Of a stretch of 64,000 nt of DNA, positions 25,906-39,541 are shown piece by piece. The first letter of the stretch is position 1. Each line of letters opens with the position of its first letter. A model generated the notes under the pieces. That model did not search any database and had not been told where the DNA came from. It saw only the letters and a list, made by a program, of their open reading frames with translations. The stretch comes from Octopus sinensis. Taxonomy: Eukaryota. The stretch lies in the NCBI RefSeq assembly GCF_006345805.1, contig NC_042998.1, positions 47,058,001-47,122,000 of the forward strand. The letters are read 5' to 3'. The position numbers and the translations under genes are program-made.

Positions 25906-26444
25906 TAATTTATAACTCTTTCTCCAGACACTTTATTTCATGTGTAATGATTTGACTATTTTAAGTTTAAAAGTTAAACACGTCATTTCGTTTAACTATC
26001 GTATTTCACAAATATTTGTTGTGACTCTACCAAACATTGACTGAATGTAACTTTATGGAGCTGACTTCACAATTAAACAACCGTAAGTACCTACAATGAA
26101 ATGCGCTTTTTCACAACTTCCAGACAGCTATTTAAGTTTTCCCAGACTCTTTCGCATTTCTTGGCAATGATCCCATAGAGTTTCATAAGATGTTTCTTTT
26201 GCAGGCTATTTTTACATAATTATCAATCCTTAAATGATTCCACTAAGAAGTCAGTTACATTCATCATTATCAGTAAAAAGACTGTGATGGTGTGATGCCT
26301 GTAATAGTATCGTGTAAAAGAAAATGGCTTGTCTTAATTTGTTACATATATTCAATGATACTACCGAGAAATTCAGCTTGTTCATTCTTTTTACTTTCTT
26401 TTGTGTTTGAAAAAATACTTAACAGGTAAACATTGAGGTGTAAA

Positions 26445-26715
26445 GGTACGTGGTCTTGTGGTTTAGAGTTGGAATTATGATCAGAAAGTTGTGTGTTCGA
26501 GCCTCAGACATGAGGTGGGGAGCATTGTGTCCATAATCATAGCATTTCCTTTCACGTTACTCTTGTATATTCGCATGAAAATGAGTAACGCTGCGATAGA
26601 CAGACGTCCGTTCGGTGACGGAGTGGGATCTTGTACTTTCAATATCGACGTTTTGAAAATCTAAATAAGCTCCATCTTTATGGACCTGCAGGCTTGAGGC
26701 AGGCCGAACTAAGAA
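26445..26715 (+). mobile_element. tRNA-derived SINE, family C-like, divergent
   Basis: tggtcttgtgg A-box-like, gtgttcgagcc B box, cattgtgtcc central start. Confidence 0.6.
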
Positions 26716-29700
26716 ATTGTCATTATTTAACGAATGAAGAATTTATACTTGGAAGGTAATTAATTAATTGTTTGCATTATTTTACTAGGTTTTTGTGGAG
26801 CCAAGATTTAATTTGGAAATGGAATATGAAAATACTTTCATTTTTCAAAAGAAAAAAAAATTAAAATTGTTTCCTTCAGGAAAATGACGCCTCCAAAATT
26901 CAAACCAGTATGAATGTGTTTTTATGGACGTTAAACAAAAATGAGGCGTAAAAATTATATTTAATAAAGCACACTCACTTTAAAAGAAAACTAAAATTAC
27001 GACATGTCTGTTGACAGAAACTTACATGTGAACAATCCTAACGAAGTTTGATAGCAGCAGCATCAGCCGTTCAAGAATTTGGACCTGGAGATATCTATTT
27101 CCAGCGACTTCGAGGGCCACCTCCCAGTGGTGTCGGGCGTCAACGAAGAGCTCCCGACTACAAGACGACCAATGTTTTTTTTTCCCATGGTCTGGGGTCT
27201 CCTGCCCCTAAGCCCTAGACCATCACCTAATCAGCCTTACCCGTCTTGTTGCTTAACAACAACAACAACAACAATAACAGTAGCAGCAGCGTCAGCAACA
27301 AAGAGTAACAACAACAACAACCATGCATATTTTGCTGAGCAATTATGTTTATGACATTGCAAACAATTTTGCTGATATTGTTGAACGCAGGCAATTTTTG
27401 GACATGGATTGGTCCACTCGGAGAAGGAATTGTGCCAATGGCGTGTGAAAATGCTTTTGCTAAAATAATATGTAAAGGAAAAAAATGACATGCCTCACGA
27501 AAAGTGAACGGGCTCCCAAAGGAGAGATTGAAAGAAGCCTATCAAATTCAGTAAGATATGCGGGAGTGTGTACGAGCTTCCTAAGCCCGAAGTCAATGCA
27601 ACAGTTCTAGTTGGTGCGCCGTGCGCCTCCCATAAGTATATACGGTAATACATAGATCAGGACAATTAGGGGTGACTGTGAAAGGTTTTGGCTGTTGCGT
27701 TGACGCCCGGCTTGGTATCACCTTCATAACGCAATATGAGTATATGGTGAATGTAGACGTGGCAAAAAAAATATATAATCTAGACGGGTCAGTGTAACTA
27801 TACAAGTTCAAATGTGCTGAAACGTATAGGGGAATATCAAAATTGTGTCTAGTCGTGGTGTTAGGAGCAATGAAACTAGTGGTGAAGCGTAGAAAGCCCA
27901 GCCAGTACACTTTAGGACTTTCTGCCTGAGGAACTAAAGGCGTGAAATATATATCAAGAGTAGTAAATAGCAATAGAATCAGCAACTAAAACAACAGATC
28001 TCTGAGGTTACTGTCCCAACGATACCATAAATCTCACTATGGATTTGAAGCGCTCAGAATAGTCAAAGGACTCACCACATACTGAGGACCAAAAACTAAT
28101 GAATCCGAATGTATCCTCTCAGTAGTACAATGCTTATCTTACGACGATTGGAAGCAAATCGGGCATGGAGATGAGTGGCGGGCCATCGCTAAATAATTGA
28201 AGGAGAAAGAAGAGAAGATGGTGTTGTGAAAAGAAGGCTACTTACACAGTACGCGAAGAGGACTTTTCTCTACTGGACAATATTGAATTTAAGGTCGTGA
28301 GATTTAGCAACTTGACCCTTAGATCAAATTAAAGCACTCTGAAATGTATGTCAATGACAATGTGCAGAACGAGGAGGAAGATGTAGAAAAAATATTTCAA
28401 GAAACATAAAACTATGGGCCATTGATGAAGATCATATCAACGAGTACCATTGCCAAACAAGCTTTCTAAGCCGCTCGGATACAATTCAGTGAGAGGCGGG
28501 TGCTTATTGTCCTGGACTACTCTGGCCAAACATAACTGATATAAATAGCCAATATACACACATCATCCGGCTGTATGTTGGCTAATATATTTGATTTCTT
28601 ATATTTTTTGTTTGTTTAATATTTATATACATATTTATATACATATTTATATACATATTTAAAATATAATTGGATCGTTTAATATAATCATCTATAATTA
28701 ATTATTTTTCATAAATCCACTGGTTATTTGCGACACCAGTGGCTGATAGACACTGAGATTCTATGGATTACTGATGGGGGAATTTTACTACTGAGTCTAA
28801 TCGGACGTCTGCTATTGAGAACTTCAAGGAGGGGCGAAATCCCGTGATCTTGCAATTTCGGCGGTCACAGCATTCAATAAAATAATGTAGCAGTCAAGTT
28901 CTGGGTTCTTCGTAATCGATTGACACAATCTTCTAATAAAATTTTCTTGTGCCAAAATTGGAAGGAATTATTATTATTGATGTTTTTACTGTCACTTTTT
29001 GTGCTTCATTGGACCTGAAATTATGAATGCTGTTGAATTTCTCTCTAAATGTTGTAACACTGATTTTGTGTGCAATCTTTTCCTATGAATCCATAAGACA
29101 ACCTATAACGAGAAAATGAATTTTTGCTGATTGTACTATATTGCTTGACACAAATAAACTAAAACGTCAGTTCAGTGTTCAGTATATTGTTTTCTCTTAT
29201 TTGACTGCTTACAACATACATAGGTCATGTTATGCATAAGTCCATGACACACACGACGAAATCCTCCCAAACTTACGTAAACATGACACACGCGAACATC
29301 ATGTAACTGTGTCTTAAATTTGGAATTATCGCTCGACAAAGTTTCCAGTTTCCACTTCATTCCCGACTGAACTCATCTTTGGCGGAATTAACACATACAT
29401 TTAAATATAAGCTTTCATGTAACTTTCCTAAAATTTAATTGTCCGTCTAATATCTAAAAAAATTACTTTAACGTCTTTAATAAGTGTCAAATTCTGCATG
29501 TACGTATTAAAAAATATGTTACTTGCCTTGCTTTAACAGAAAGAAAAAAAAATTTAATCGTAATAAAAATATAAAGAAAAGCCGAAGCAGTGAAACGCAC
29601 GTTAAAATACATCTGGAATTGCCATAACTTGGATCTGATGTAATCATTCAATTCGACATCTTAAATTTGACTCACATAAACACACATACACACACTACGC

Positions 29701-30505
29701 ACATATATATACATACGGACTCGCACACATCTTTGAAGATCACTTAAGAAAAATAATACAGGAACGCCTAATCTGATACAGTTGGAAGATACGGTGGTTA
29801 CCAAATCCCTTCAAAGACAGATATCGCTAGTGGGGGATAGGATGGGGGTAACTAGAGGAGAAGACTTTGGGAGTAGACAATGTGAACAAATTGACTTCAT
29901 AAGCTGCTGTCAGCAGAAGTCAAAAGATCGTATCGTGGGCATATTTAATTCATGTCATTTATTTCGTTAAACGAAGCGGGGATGTATATATCGGATGATA
30001 GAAAGATGTAGAATCTAGTCAGTGCAAACATGGGTGGACTCTGTCATCTATCTAGCCAAGGTATGTGTATGTATGCATTCACTTGGTTCTTAAATACACA
30101 CACGTGCACACATATCTATGTACATATATATATCCACACTATATACAGTTATAAGCTTATGTATGTATGTATGTATGTATGTATGTACGTATGGATGTAT
30201 GTAGCTGTAAGCTTGTTTATGTGTAAACGTACATTTTTGGGATCTATTATGCAACACTGGGTGCTGATGGATATAACCGTGGATGCATGATTATATGTGT
30301 GTTTAAGTTAATATAAACATGTTCCTATGTAAAATCAGAACACGAACACAGCTAATTTTTTACCACGTGGTAACAGAAAAAGGACAAAAAAAAGAACAGT
30401 CAACCAACAAACAAACAGAAAACGATATTAACTTTTGTTATACATGGATACATTTATTTCTACCCCAACAAGTTAGCGCAAGCACACATTCTCACACACA
30501 AGCAA

Positions 30506-30541
<36 letters not shown>

Positions 30542-30580
30542 GTGTTTGTGTGTGTACATATATATATATGTCATTCAAAA

Positions 30581-30782
30581 TGTGACCGCGTGTGTACCGT
30601 TGGCGACTTTTTCCTCTGTCTTCCCTTCTCTGGATCTTTCTTTCTCCTATGTTTCCGACGATGAGCTCCGCTCGAAATGTTAAACCCTCCTTCTTCCCTT
30701 CCTTCCTGAGCGTCCAATAATACTATATTTGTTCCACGTCCTCGCGTTGTTGTGTTTTCTCTTTGTGTTTTCATGTTTGGAT

Positions 30783-30787
<5 letters not shown>
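30581..30787 (+). mobile_element. Penelope-like terminal repeat, copy 1
   Basis: Homologous to 42119-42312; carries a decayed hammerhead at 30651-30685. Confidence 0.7.
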
Positions 30788-30826
<39 letters not shown>

Positions 30827-30842
30827 ATATATATACATATAT

Positions 30843-30894
<52 letters not shown>

Positions 30895-31329
30895 TATATA
30901 TATATAAGTGTACGATGCGAGATTAAAGGCTAAAATTGTTTTGAAGCATCCTCTAGGCAATATAATCAATATAGACAATAAGCACTGAATTGGTGTTCGT
31001 TCAAACTGCTAGAAATGATAACTAAGTTGTTTTCAAATCACGCAACTATGATCTTAAATGTAGTGTTATAAACATAAATTGGACTACATTATGAGGAATA
31101 AATAAAGGCATGGCTAAGGGTGATTTGCTTTTTAATTATACCATGGATCAGTGCTAAGGTGAGGAAACCATAACAATGTTAAGACAACAAACAATATCAA
31201 TTATTGAGAAGGGTCAAAATATAAATATTCAACATTAGAATTACGAATATTACGTGAAAAGAAAAAGGACGCCTATATGAGCGCCTTTAACCGACACAGT
31301 GTTTTAGTTTCTTCTGGTCGGTGTCGTAA

Positions 31330-31675
31330 CGGGCTGAGGGTTTTTCTGGGCGGGTTGTTGGTCATCCGCAGAATAGACTGATGTTGGGGCTGCCATCTTC
31401 GTGACGAGCCAACGCGGCATGGACCACCGTTTGTCTGTTATCTCCCTGGTAGATAGGCCCGCCCAGAGTGGTTCTACCAGGTACGAGGCTCCAGACGGTA
31501 ATGCTTTCTCGGATTTATGGAACATGCAAATCCCCTCGCTACGACAAAGCCAGATCCAGGATGCGAAGGGGCTGGCACAGGACAGCGATCGATGGAGAGC
31601 ACTGATGAACCTTGTAGGCTCTACACATGATGATGTCTCTGCGATCACTTATCTGGGATGAGCCCAGCCTCATTA
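31330..31675 (+). pseudogene. RTE-clade LINE 3' end fragment
   Basis: GC-rich island; AKGLAQDSDRWRALMNLVGS resembles the RTE ORF C terminus (A.DR..WR.LV). Confidence 0.6.
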
Positions 31676-32312
31676 AACAAGAGTATGAAACAAGAAGCAG
31701 TGTTTTAGTAAAACTTGTATCGATAAACGTAAACTGCATGCTATCTTCAAGATGTTGTAAGACCTAAATCTCAGAATAATGAGGGTAAACCTGCTAGTGT
31801 TAAACTGATGATTCGTAAATTATATCTTTTTATTGCATCCACTTCATAGATTGCTAATTTTTCTGCATCAGCATTGAGTTTCGTGCGTGTGGATATGAAA
31901 ATACTGGAATATTGAATTATGGCCGAAACATTAATGCTCTTGTTTGCTTTACTAGTAGCAAATAATTTCAGTTTCAGCGATAAACAACTCCACAAGCCGT
32001 TTTTCGATATTTTAAAAATATTCTTACTGGTAAGTTTTTTTTTACTAACGAAGTGAGAAAACACTTTTGTTCAGTTAACATGGTACGAGGGATTTACGAA
32101 TATGTGAATAACTCAAAGTGCACGTTATATAGCTGATAAAATTTGTATTCATATAATGAGTGGGCATGTCAATTCAGTACACCAGAACGTATGTTTTTTT
32201 TTGTTGTTTTAAGTGTGCATATTTATCCTACTCACATACGTTTGCATGCTTATCTTCATTCCATGAAATACAAAAGGGGAATCATGGGAAATTTCTTTAC
32301 ATAATATGACTA

Positions 32313-32819
32313 CCGTAAATCCTCAAGTATAAATCCGCATTTTTTTCCCCCAAATTTAAAGGTCAAAATTCCTAGTGCGTACTAAATACGAGGTGAAAAT
32401 TATTTTCTAAGCAATGTCCGAGTCTCTATTTGCTGTCCGGCAACGTTTATTCAGACGCATTTTGTGATGTCGGGCGCGAAAATACCTTAAGTTAAGCATG
32501 AAAGCAATGAAGTCATAAAAGAATCATCCATAACTTGCAGTAAGCAACATTTATTAAATGTTATTACTGTTATTTCTTTATTTTCTGCAAACAAAATGCA
32601 CAAAAAAGCTACACGCTTGCATTATGATATATAAACAATAATGATAAAGGACGTTACCGTATATAGTTATACAAACCAAGCACGTTATATAGACCTCCTT
32701 GACTCAAGTTAAAGAAGGGGTGCGTATTATACACAAGGTTTAGGTTTTTCAGAGATAGAGCCCTATAAAAATCCCCTGCGTATTATACTCAAGGGCGGAC
32801 TATACTTGAGAATTTACGG
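32313..32819. mobile_element. Tc2/pogo-like MITE, copy 2
   Basis: ta|ccgtaaatcctcaagtata .. tatacttgagaatttacgg|ta; TA TSD; homologous to 11546-12065. Confidence 0.9.
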
Positions 32820-33479
32820 TATACCACTAACCTAATATGTGCCTACATGCATCCCATCTAAACAGACGGCCATGAATTTTTAAAGAATATCATTGTTTCT
32901 AGTTCTTGACTGGTACGATAAAAGGAGGAATTGAGCTCGTCGACATTTGAACTGAGAACATCAACATAAGAAATAGTAATGGTTGCTGATTTACGAACAA
33001 GGTCATTAGTTTTGAAAGGAGCATGTTGTACGAACTAAAGGAATGGGTGCACAGGGCAGTTTTCTGGGATCCTCATAGGACTAGGGGTCCAGTTCTCATT
33101 TATGTATCGAGTAGCTTGTTATCAATAAATAGATACTATTGGTTACATTGCATTGATTTGCCTGGAAGCTTATGATGTTGCTAAGATAGCCCTAACTCAA
33201 AGTAAATCCTCTCATCTTCCAACGGGTTGATCATGTCTGGAATACTTTTGATCGATGTTACTGCACCTAGGTTGGTTTGTGGCTTAGCAATGACGACAAT
33301 GACTGTGAAGATGCTATCGTGTCTAGGGACATATGTCCACCTTGACAACACGGTCATCTCTGCTATACACGCTAACAAGAGTCAACGAATGTAGCTTCTA
33401 AGCGGTCATTCAATCTGCCGGAAATGACAGCCAAGTTTATTTTAAATAATCGTCAAAATGGGCTAGAATTTATTGGTTT

Positions 33480-33672
33480 CAGCAAGTTTGGAGGAAAGTC
33501 CAAGTCGATTTACATTGACCCCAGTGGTCAACTGGCACTTATTTTACCGACTCCGAAGAGATGAAAGACTAAGTAGACCTCGGCGGAATTTGAACCCAGA
33601 ACATAAAGACGGACGATATGTTGCTAAGCATTTTGCCTGGCGTCCTAACGAGTCTGCCAGATCCTCGCCTAC
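33480..33672 (-). mobile_element. SINE family B
   Basis: gacctcggcggaatttgaacccagaac..ctaacgagtctgccag in reverse orientation. Confidence 0.85.
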
Positions 33673-34559
33673 AATAGTCAAGGATATATTAATATAATCT
33701 TACATATCGCTGTCAACAATGCAACCACTACCATCACAATGACAAGCTATCATTACGAATAACATCACGACTACTGCCACCGCCGCTACGACAACAACCA
33801 CTACCACCTCCAACAACAATAACAACAACAATAATAAAAGCAGCAAAAACAACAGTCACAACAAGAGAAACAACAATAACAAGAATAACAACAGGAACAC
33901 GACTAACAACAATACACTGTCTACAACTACATCAAGGAAGTGATATCACAAACTTGTCCGTAGTTCAACTCTGGATTTTGACAGCAGTTCTGGAGACATA
34001 CATCTCAGTGTATGTATGTATGTAATGTATGTATGTATGTATGTATGTATGTATGTACACACACATATATATCTGTGTGTGTGTGTCTGTGTGCGTGTAC
34101 GTGTGATTGTGTGTGTGTGTGTGTGTGTGTGTGCGTGCGTATGTGCTTTGTAATGTTTTAGTAATTTTGTATATTTCGCTTTTGTTTGGTTTATTTAGGC
34201 TCTCTTGGGATTTGATAGTTTAAGTAATTCAAAACTGCAACAAATTTTGACCTACCATTTCTCACACTCATCAAAAGTACGACTATGCATGTATGTACGT
34301 TTGTGTGTATGTATGTATGTTTGTATGTATGTGTGTATGTATGTATGTATGTATGTATGTATGTATGTATGTATGTATGTATGTATGTATGCATGTATGT
34401 ATGTATCTACGTACATATGTATGTATTCACGCATGTATGCGAGTGTAATATGTCGATCATATATTCTGCGTGTGTATTTATTTACATATATACATCTATA
34501 TATGCATGGATATGTATAAACAAGTATGTATGTGTGTATGTACGTATGTATGTATGTAT

Positions 34560-34600
<41 letters not shown>

Positions 34601-35029
34601 TACATATACATATATACATATATCTTAATATGCTTATGCTTGTGTGGGAGTGGGGTACGTGTGTGCTAGTAAATGTACTTTTTTATATAAAAGTATGAAC
34701 ATATGATAATGATGATGATGAAGATGTGGATAAGGATGACGCAGTAACACACTCTCTCTCTCACACACATATACTCCTTCACACACACACTCAAACCAAA
34801 TATATTTATCCAAACCGAACAGATTATGGTGATGACATTAATAATGTGTTTACAAACCACATCTCACGATGTTTTACTAAGAAAGTGCAAACACAACCAA
34901 AAGTATATGAAAGATGGAGAAGAAAGACATATCAAAAGAAAGATTGATAAAGACATAGGAATATAGAGAAACACAAGATATATTGATAGTAACTAAGCAT
35001 AACCACTCCCAAATGATAATGCACCCAAA

Positions 35030-35250
35030 TGTAGACAAGGAGGGAGCCTTGTCTACTAATAGAAATAACAGTCGAAACTCACTTTAAATCCCTATAAAAT
35101 TGGGAACTGATACCTCAAAATAGGTTGTAGTGTCTGAAATATGCAATGTTCAAATGACCAGCGGGACGATCATGACTGAGTCGCATTTGATCGTAGGTCA
35201 ACTGAATCTGGGTTGACCTGGTGTAAAGCAAAGCAGCTACAATACTGCGG
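35030..35250 (+). mobile_element. Retroposon 3'-tail repeat
   Basis: tagaaataacag..tttgatcgtaggtc..ttgacctggtg; 10-bp hairpin at 35031-35056. Confidence 0.5.
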
Positions 35251-35289
35251 AGACAACGATAAAGATAGATAGATAGAGAGATAGATGGA

Positions 35290-35405
<116 letters not shown>

Positions 35406-35834
35406 TAGATAGATAGATAGATAGATAGACTAAACAGAAAAAAGGGGGATAAAATGCCAAAAAAAGAAGGGAAACAATAAATATAGAGAAATAGGGAACC
35501 AATCCCCTTCTATTACGCCATCAACTCAACACCACACATAAAGTTGATATCTGTGAAATCAAAAGAAACTGTCTAATAACAATAACAAACACGACGATAT
35601 TAATGAAAATAACTACAAAGTAAGAGACAGAATCTCAGTTCTTAGTTGATGGAAGTATCAAGTTACTGGGAAGAAATTACAAAGAAATTGGGATAACGAC
35701 ATTAACCCTTTTCGCACCATATTTTAATCACTTGAAGTGGTGGGAAAAGCATAAGGGTTTCTCCACACTATCATGAACATTTCTAATAGAGAAATTTTAA
35801 ATTTTGAATGTAAGTAGTTTGATTGGTAGAAATG

Positions 35835-36250
35835 TATATTACTCTTTACTCTTTTACTTGTTTCAGTCATTCGACTGCGGCCATGCTGGAGCACCGCCTT
35901 TAGTCGAGCAAATCGACCCCCGGGACTTATTCTTTGTAAGCCCAGTACTTATTCTATCGGTCTGTTTTGCCGAACCGCTAAGTGACGGGGATGTAAACAC
36001 ACAAGCATCGGTTGTCAAGCAATGCTAGGGGGACAAACACAGACACATAAACATACATACACACACATATATATATATACATATATACGACGGGCTTCTT
36101 TCAGTTTCCGTCTACCAAATCCACTCACAACGGTTTGGTCGGCCCGAGGCTATAGTAGAAGACACTTACCCAAGATGCCACGCAGTGGGACTGAACCCGG
36201 AACCATGTGGTTGGTAAGCAAGCTACTTACCACACAGCCACTCCTGCGCC
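35835..36250 (-). mobile_element. SINE family A, full length
   Basis: High-identity reverse complement of 51507-51905. Confidence 0.92.
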
Positions 36251-36429
36251 TATATTGGATATATATATATATATATAGTGTCTCCCCAAATATGTATACA
36301 TATTTTAACAGCTGATAACTCACTAAATTAACATTTTTTTATCCCGTTAGGAACAATGGGTCGAGTCAGGCTAAGCTTTGGACATACAAAATTTATCCTC
36401 AACTGCTACTGGAAGTTTGAAAGTTAAAG

Positions 36430-37272
36430 TGAAGAGACAGTTTAGTCGCGGAAGTTCCAAACTGATCTACCCACGTGACTTGCTATCCCTCAGATTAGAG
36501 ATAAGTTTGAAGATGGCAGAACTGTTTAGAATGTCCACAAAAATCGTTCTGAAAATTCGCGGACATCTATGATCCCAACAAAACAAGAAGGACATAAGAG
36601 CCTATTGTCAGATTTGAAAACAATGTGAGCGATAAACGAATTGTGAAGCAAGAATTTCAAAATCAAACTTCAGCGCATTTTCGAAGCACTGACATTGGAA
36701 AAGTGCATTCCAAGAAAAGTCTCTGCACTCAGACCAGAAAGTGAAGTTTTACAAGTGGAACTTGGCAAGATGTGTAGAAGAATCACTCCTTTCAACAAAG
36801 ATTGTTTGAAGTGGTGAGGATGCATTTAAATTAAATAGCTCAATTAACCACCACATTTACCCTTTCACAGGGGATCTGAGATCTTGTATATTACGGAGTA
36901 ACGTCATGTTCATTTACCAGGAGTTACAGTATGGTGCCGTCAATTAAAAAGATTAGCTGGAGTATTGCTTTTTGTTTAACCGTACGGCAACTGGTCACTT
37001 ATACTTGAACAAACTGCGATAATCTGTCATGCCAAGCATTCAAGAGGATTTTGAACATGCTGAGATTTATTTCCGTCAAGATAGGATACATTCACACAAT
37101 CGTGTAGTAATGTAAGTGCCTACATGAGGAGATGTTGCCAAACAAGTGGATAGGACGAAAGGATGCAGTGGAATAATCACCACTTTCACCGGACTTCGCG
37201 CCACTGTCTTTCTTTTCATGAGGATACTTAAATTATAAACTTTACCAACAGAAAATCAGAACAGTTGACGAA
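36430..37272 (+). pseudogene. Decayed Tc1/mariner-superfamily transposase
   Basis: YFRQDRIHSH; KWIGRKDAVE*SPLSPDFAPLSFFS*GYLNYKLYQQKIRTVDEL parallels RWIGR..WPPRSPDLTPLDFFLWGYLK. Confidence 0.75.
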
Positions 37273-37281
37273 CTATATATA

Positions 37282-37317
<36 letters not shown>

Positions 37318-37332
37318 TATATATATATATAT

Positions 37333-37364
<32 letters not shown>

Positions 37365-37392
37365 ATATAATATATTTATATATATATACTTA

Positions 37393-37510
37393 TGGTTTCA
37401 GGTTCAGTCCCACTGTGTGGTACCTTAGGTAAGTGTCTACTACTATAGCCTCAAGCCGATCAAAGCCTTGTGAGTGGATTTGATTGACGGAAACTGACAG
37501 AAGCCCGTCA
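37393..37510 (+). mobile_element. SINE family A head fragment
   Basis: ggttcagtcccactgtgtggtaccttaggtaagtg..gaaactgacagaagcccgtc. Confidence 0.85.
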
Positions 37511-37547
37511 TATATATATATATATATATATAATATATATATACATA

Positions 37548-37605
<58 letters not shown>

Positions 37606-37699
37606 ATACACATATACACACACATATATATATGTATATATATATATAACACATATACACACACATATATATATAAACATATATTCTTTTATCCTTTTA

Positions 37700-37996
37700 T
37701 ACTTTTACTTGTTTCAGTCATAAGATTGCGGCCATGCTGGAGCAACGCTTTTAGTCGAGCAAATCAACCCCAGGACTTATTCTTTGTAAGCCTAGTACTT
37801 ATTCTATCGGTCTCTTTTGCTGAACCGCTAGGTTACGTGGATGTAAACACACCAGCGTTATGTGTCAAGTGATATTGGTGGTGGGGAACAAAACACAGAC
37901 ACACAAACATATACACGCACATACCTACCTACCTACTTACCTACCTACATACATACATACATAAATACATGCATACATACATACATACATGCGTAC

Positions 37997-38044
<48 letters not shown>

Positions 38045-38190
38045 CGGGCTTCTTTGAGTTTCTGTTTACCAAATCCACTCACAAGGCTTTGGTCGGCCTG
38101 AGGTTATAGTAGAAGACACTTGCCTAAGATGCCACGCAGTGGGACTGAACGTGGAACCATGTGGTTGGCAAACAAGCTACTTACCATGTA
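37700..38190 (-). mobile_element. SINE family A, full length with expanded internal microsatellite
   Basis: Tail 37700-37900, microsatellite, head 38042-38190. Confidence 0.9.
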
Positions 38191-38384
38191 CTTATATATA
38201 TTATGTATGTATGTATGTATGTATGTATATATGTTTGTATCAAAAATTGAGACATACTTATGGAGTGCAATACATTTTCGCGTGTTTGAAAATATAGGCA
38301 CCTCTGAAACATGTGCAATATCTGTCAAAAGTGAAAACAGTAAATAAATAACGAAATAAGCAATAATGTTTAAAGCAACAAGGA

Positions 38385-38590
38385 GGCAAGCTGCCAGAAT
38401 CGGTAGCATGCCGGGAAAATGCTTCGGCTATTTCGTCCGTTCTGATATTCTGAGTTCAAATTCCGCCGAGTTCAACTTTGTCTTTCATCCCTTTGGGGTC
38501 GATAAAAAGAGTGTCAGTTGAGCACTGTGGTCCATGTAATCAACTTACTCTCCCCCAGAACTTACTTGTTTTGTGCCCCCAAAAATTTGA
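38385..38590 (+). mobile_element. SINE family B
   Basis: ctgagttcaaattccgccgagttcaactttgtctttcatccc. Confidence 0.85.
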
Positions 38591-38829
38591 AATGAGTATT
38601 TAGAGCAACAATTTATGATAAGTATATACAAAAGAAATAAACACCTGAAATATACATATGTAGAAAATATTTGATTCTTGTCTATATGGTACTGTTTCTG
38701 ATCGCTCACCACATATCCTCTTTCAGAAGGTTTCTTGGAAAGTACTGTTGCAAAGCTGGATTACTGCTATATGTATGAGAACACCTACCTCACCACACAC
38801 AAACACACACGCGCGCACAGACACAGACA

Positions 38830-38891
<62 letters not shown>

Positions 38892-39508
38892 CAAGCAACA
38901 TGAGGTCTGAAACGATTCAATTAAATTGAACAGGATGCCGTTACGGAAGAATCTTAAATATGTTATAAAGAAGATTAACCTAGAAGTATATATAGATAAA
39001 TAAGAACTTTTATAAACATGCTTCTTGGGAATAGCAAATTCCCGCGAGTTTTGAACATGAGTTATTATCTGTCACTAGAGAATTTATATAATATGGTAAA
39101 GATATTTAGGCTGACAAGATAGGTCGTCATTATAAGCCCATCACAAAAATGTGTGTATTGATGCGAAAAGCATGTGCGTAATAAGTCGGATCTGTAAACA
39201 GTTCTACCCATTACACTCGTGGTTACTATTCAAATGTTCTCGTTTTGGCGCGCTAAATTACCGGACAAAAATGATACTGCAGAAAATGATTTACTGCAGT
39301 GGCCCTTGCTGGTGAGAGAACGTATACGAGGACATTTGAATAGTAACCACGAGTGTAAATGTGTAGAACTGTTTAGAAATCCGACTTTGTGCGGACGTTC
39401 AAGTATACAGTTCTGTAAATTATATTCACTTGGACGATCTCACCGAAGATGTACGGACATGGAACCATGTGTTGTGAAGCAAGCTTCTTAACACACATCT
39501 GTATATAT

Positions 39509-39539
<31 letters not shown>

Positions 39540-39541
<2 letters not shown>

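Noticed and set aside
29172-29360. 62-aa minus-strand ORF with a gtaagt donor
   Set aside because: No recognisable protein and no good acceptor
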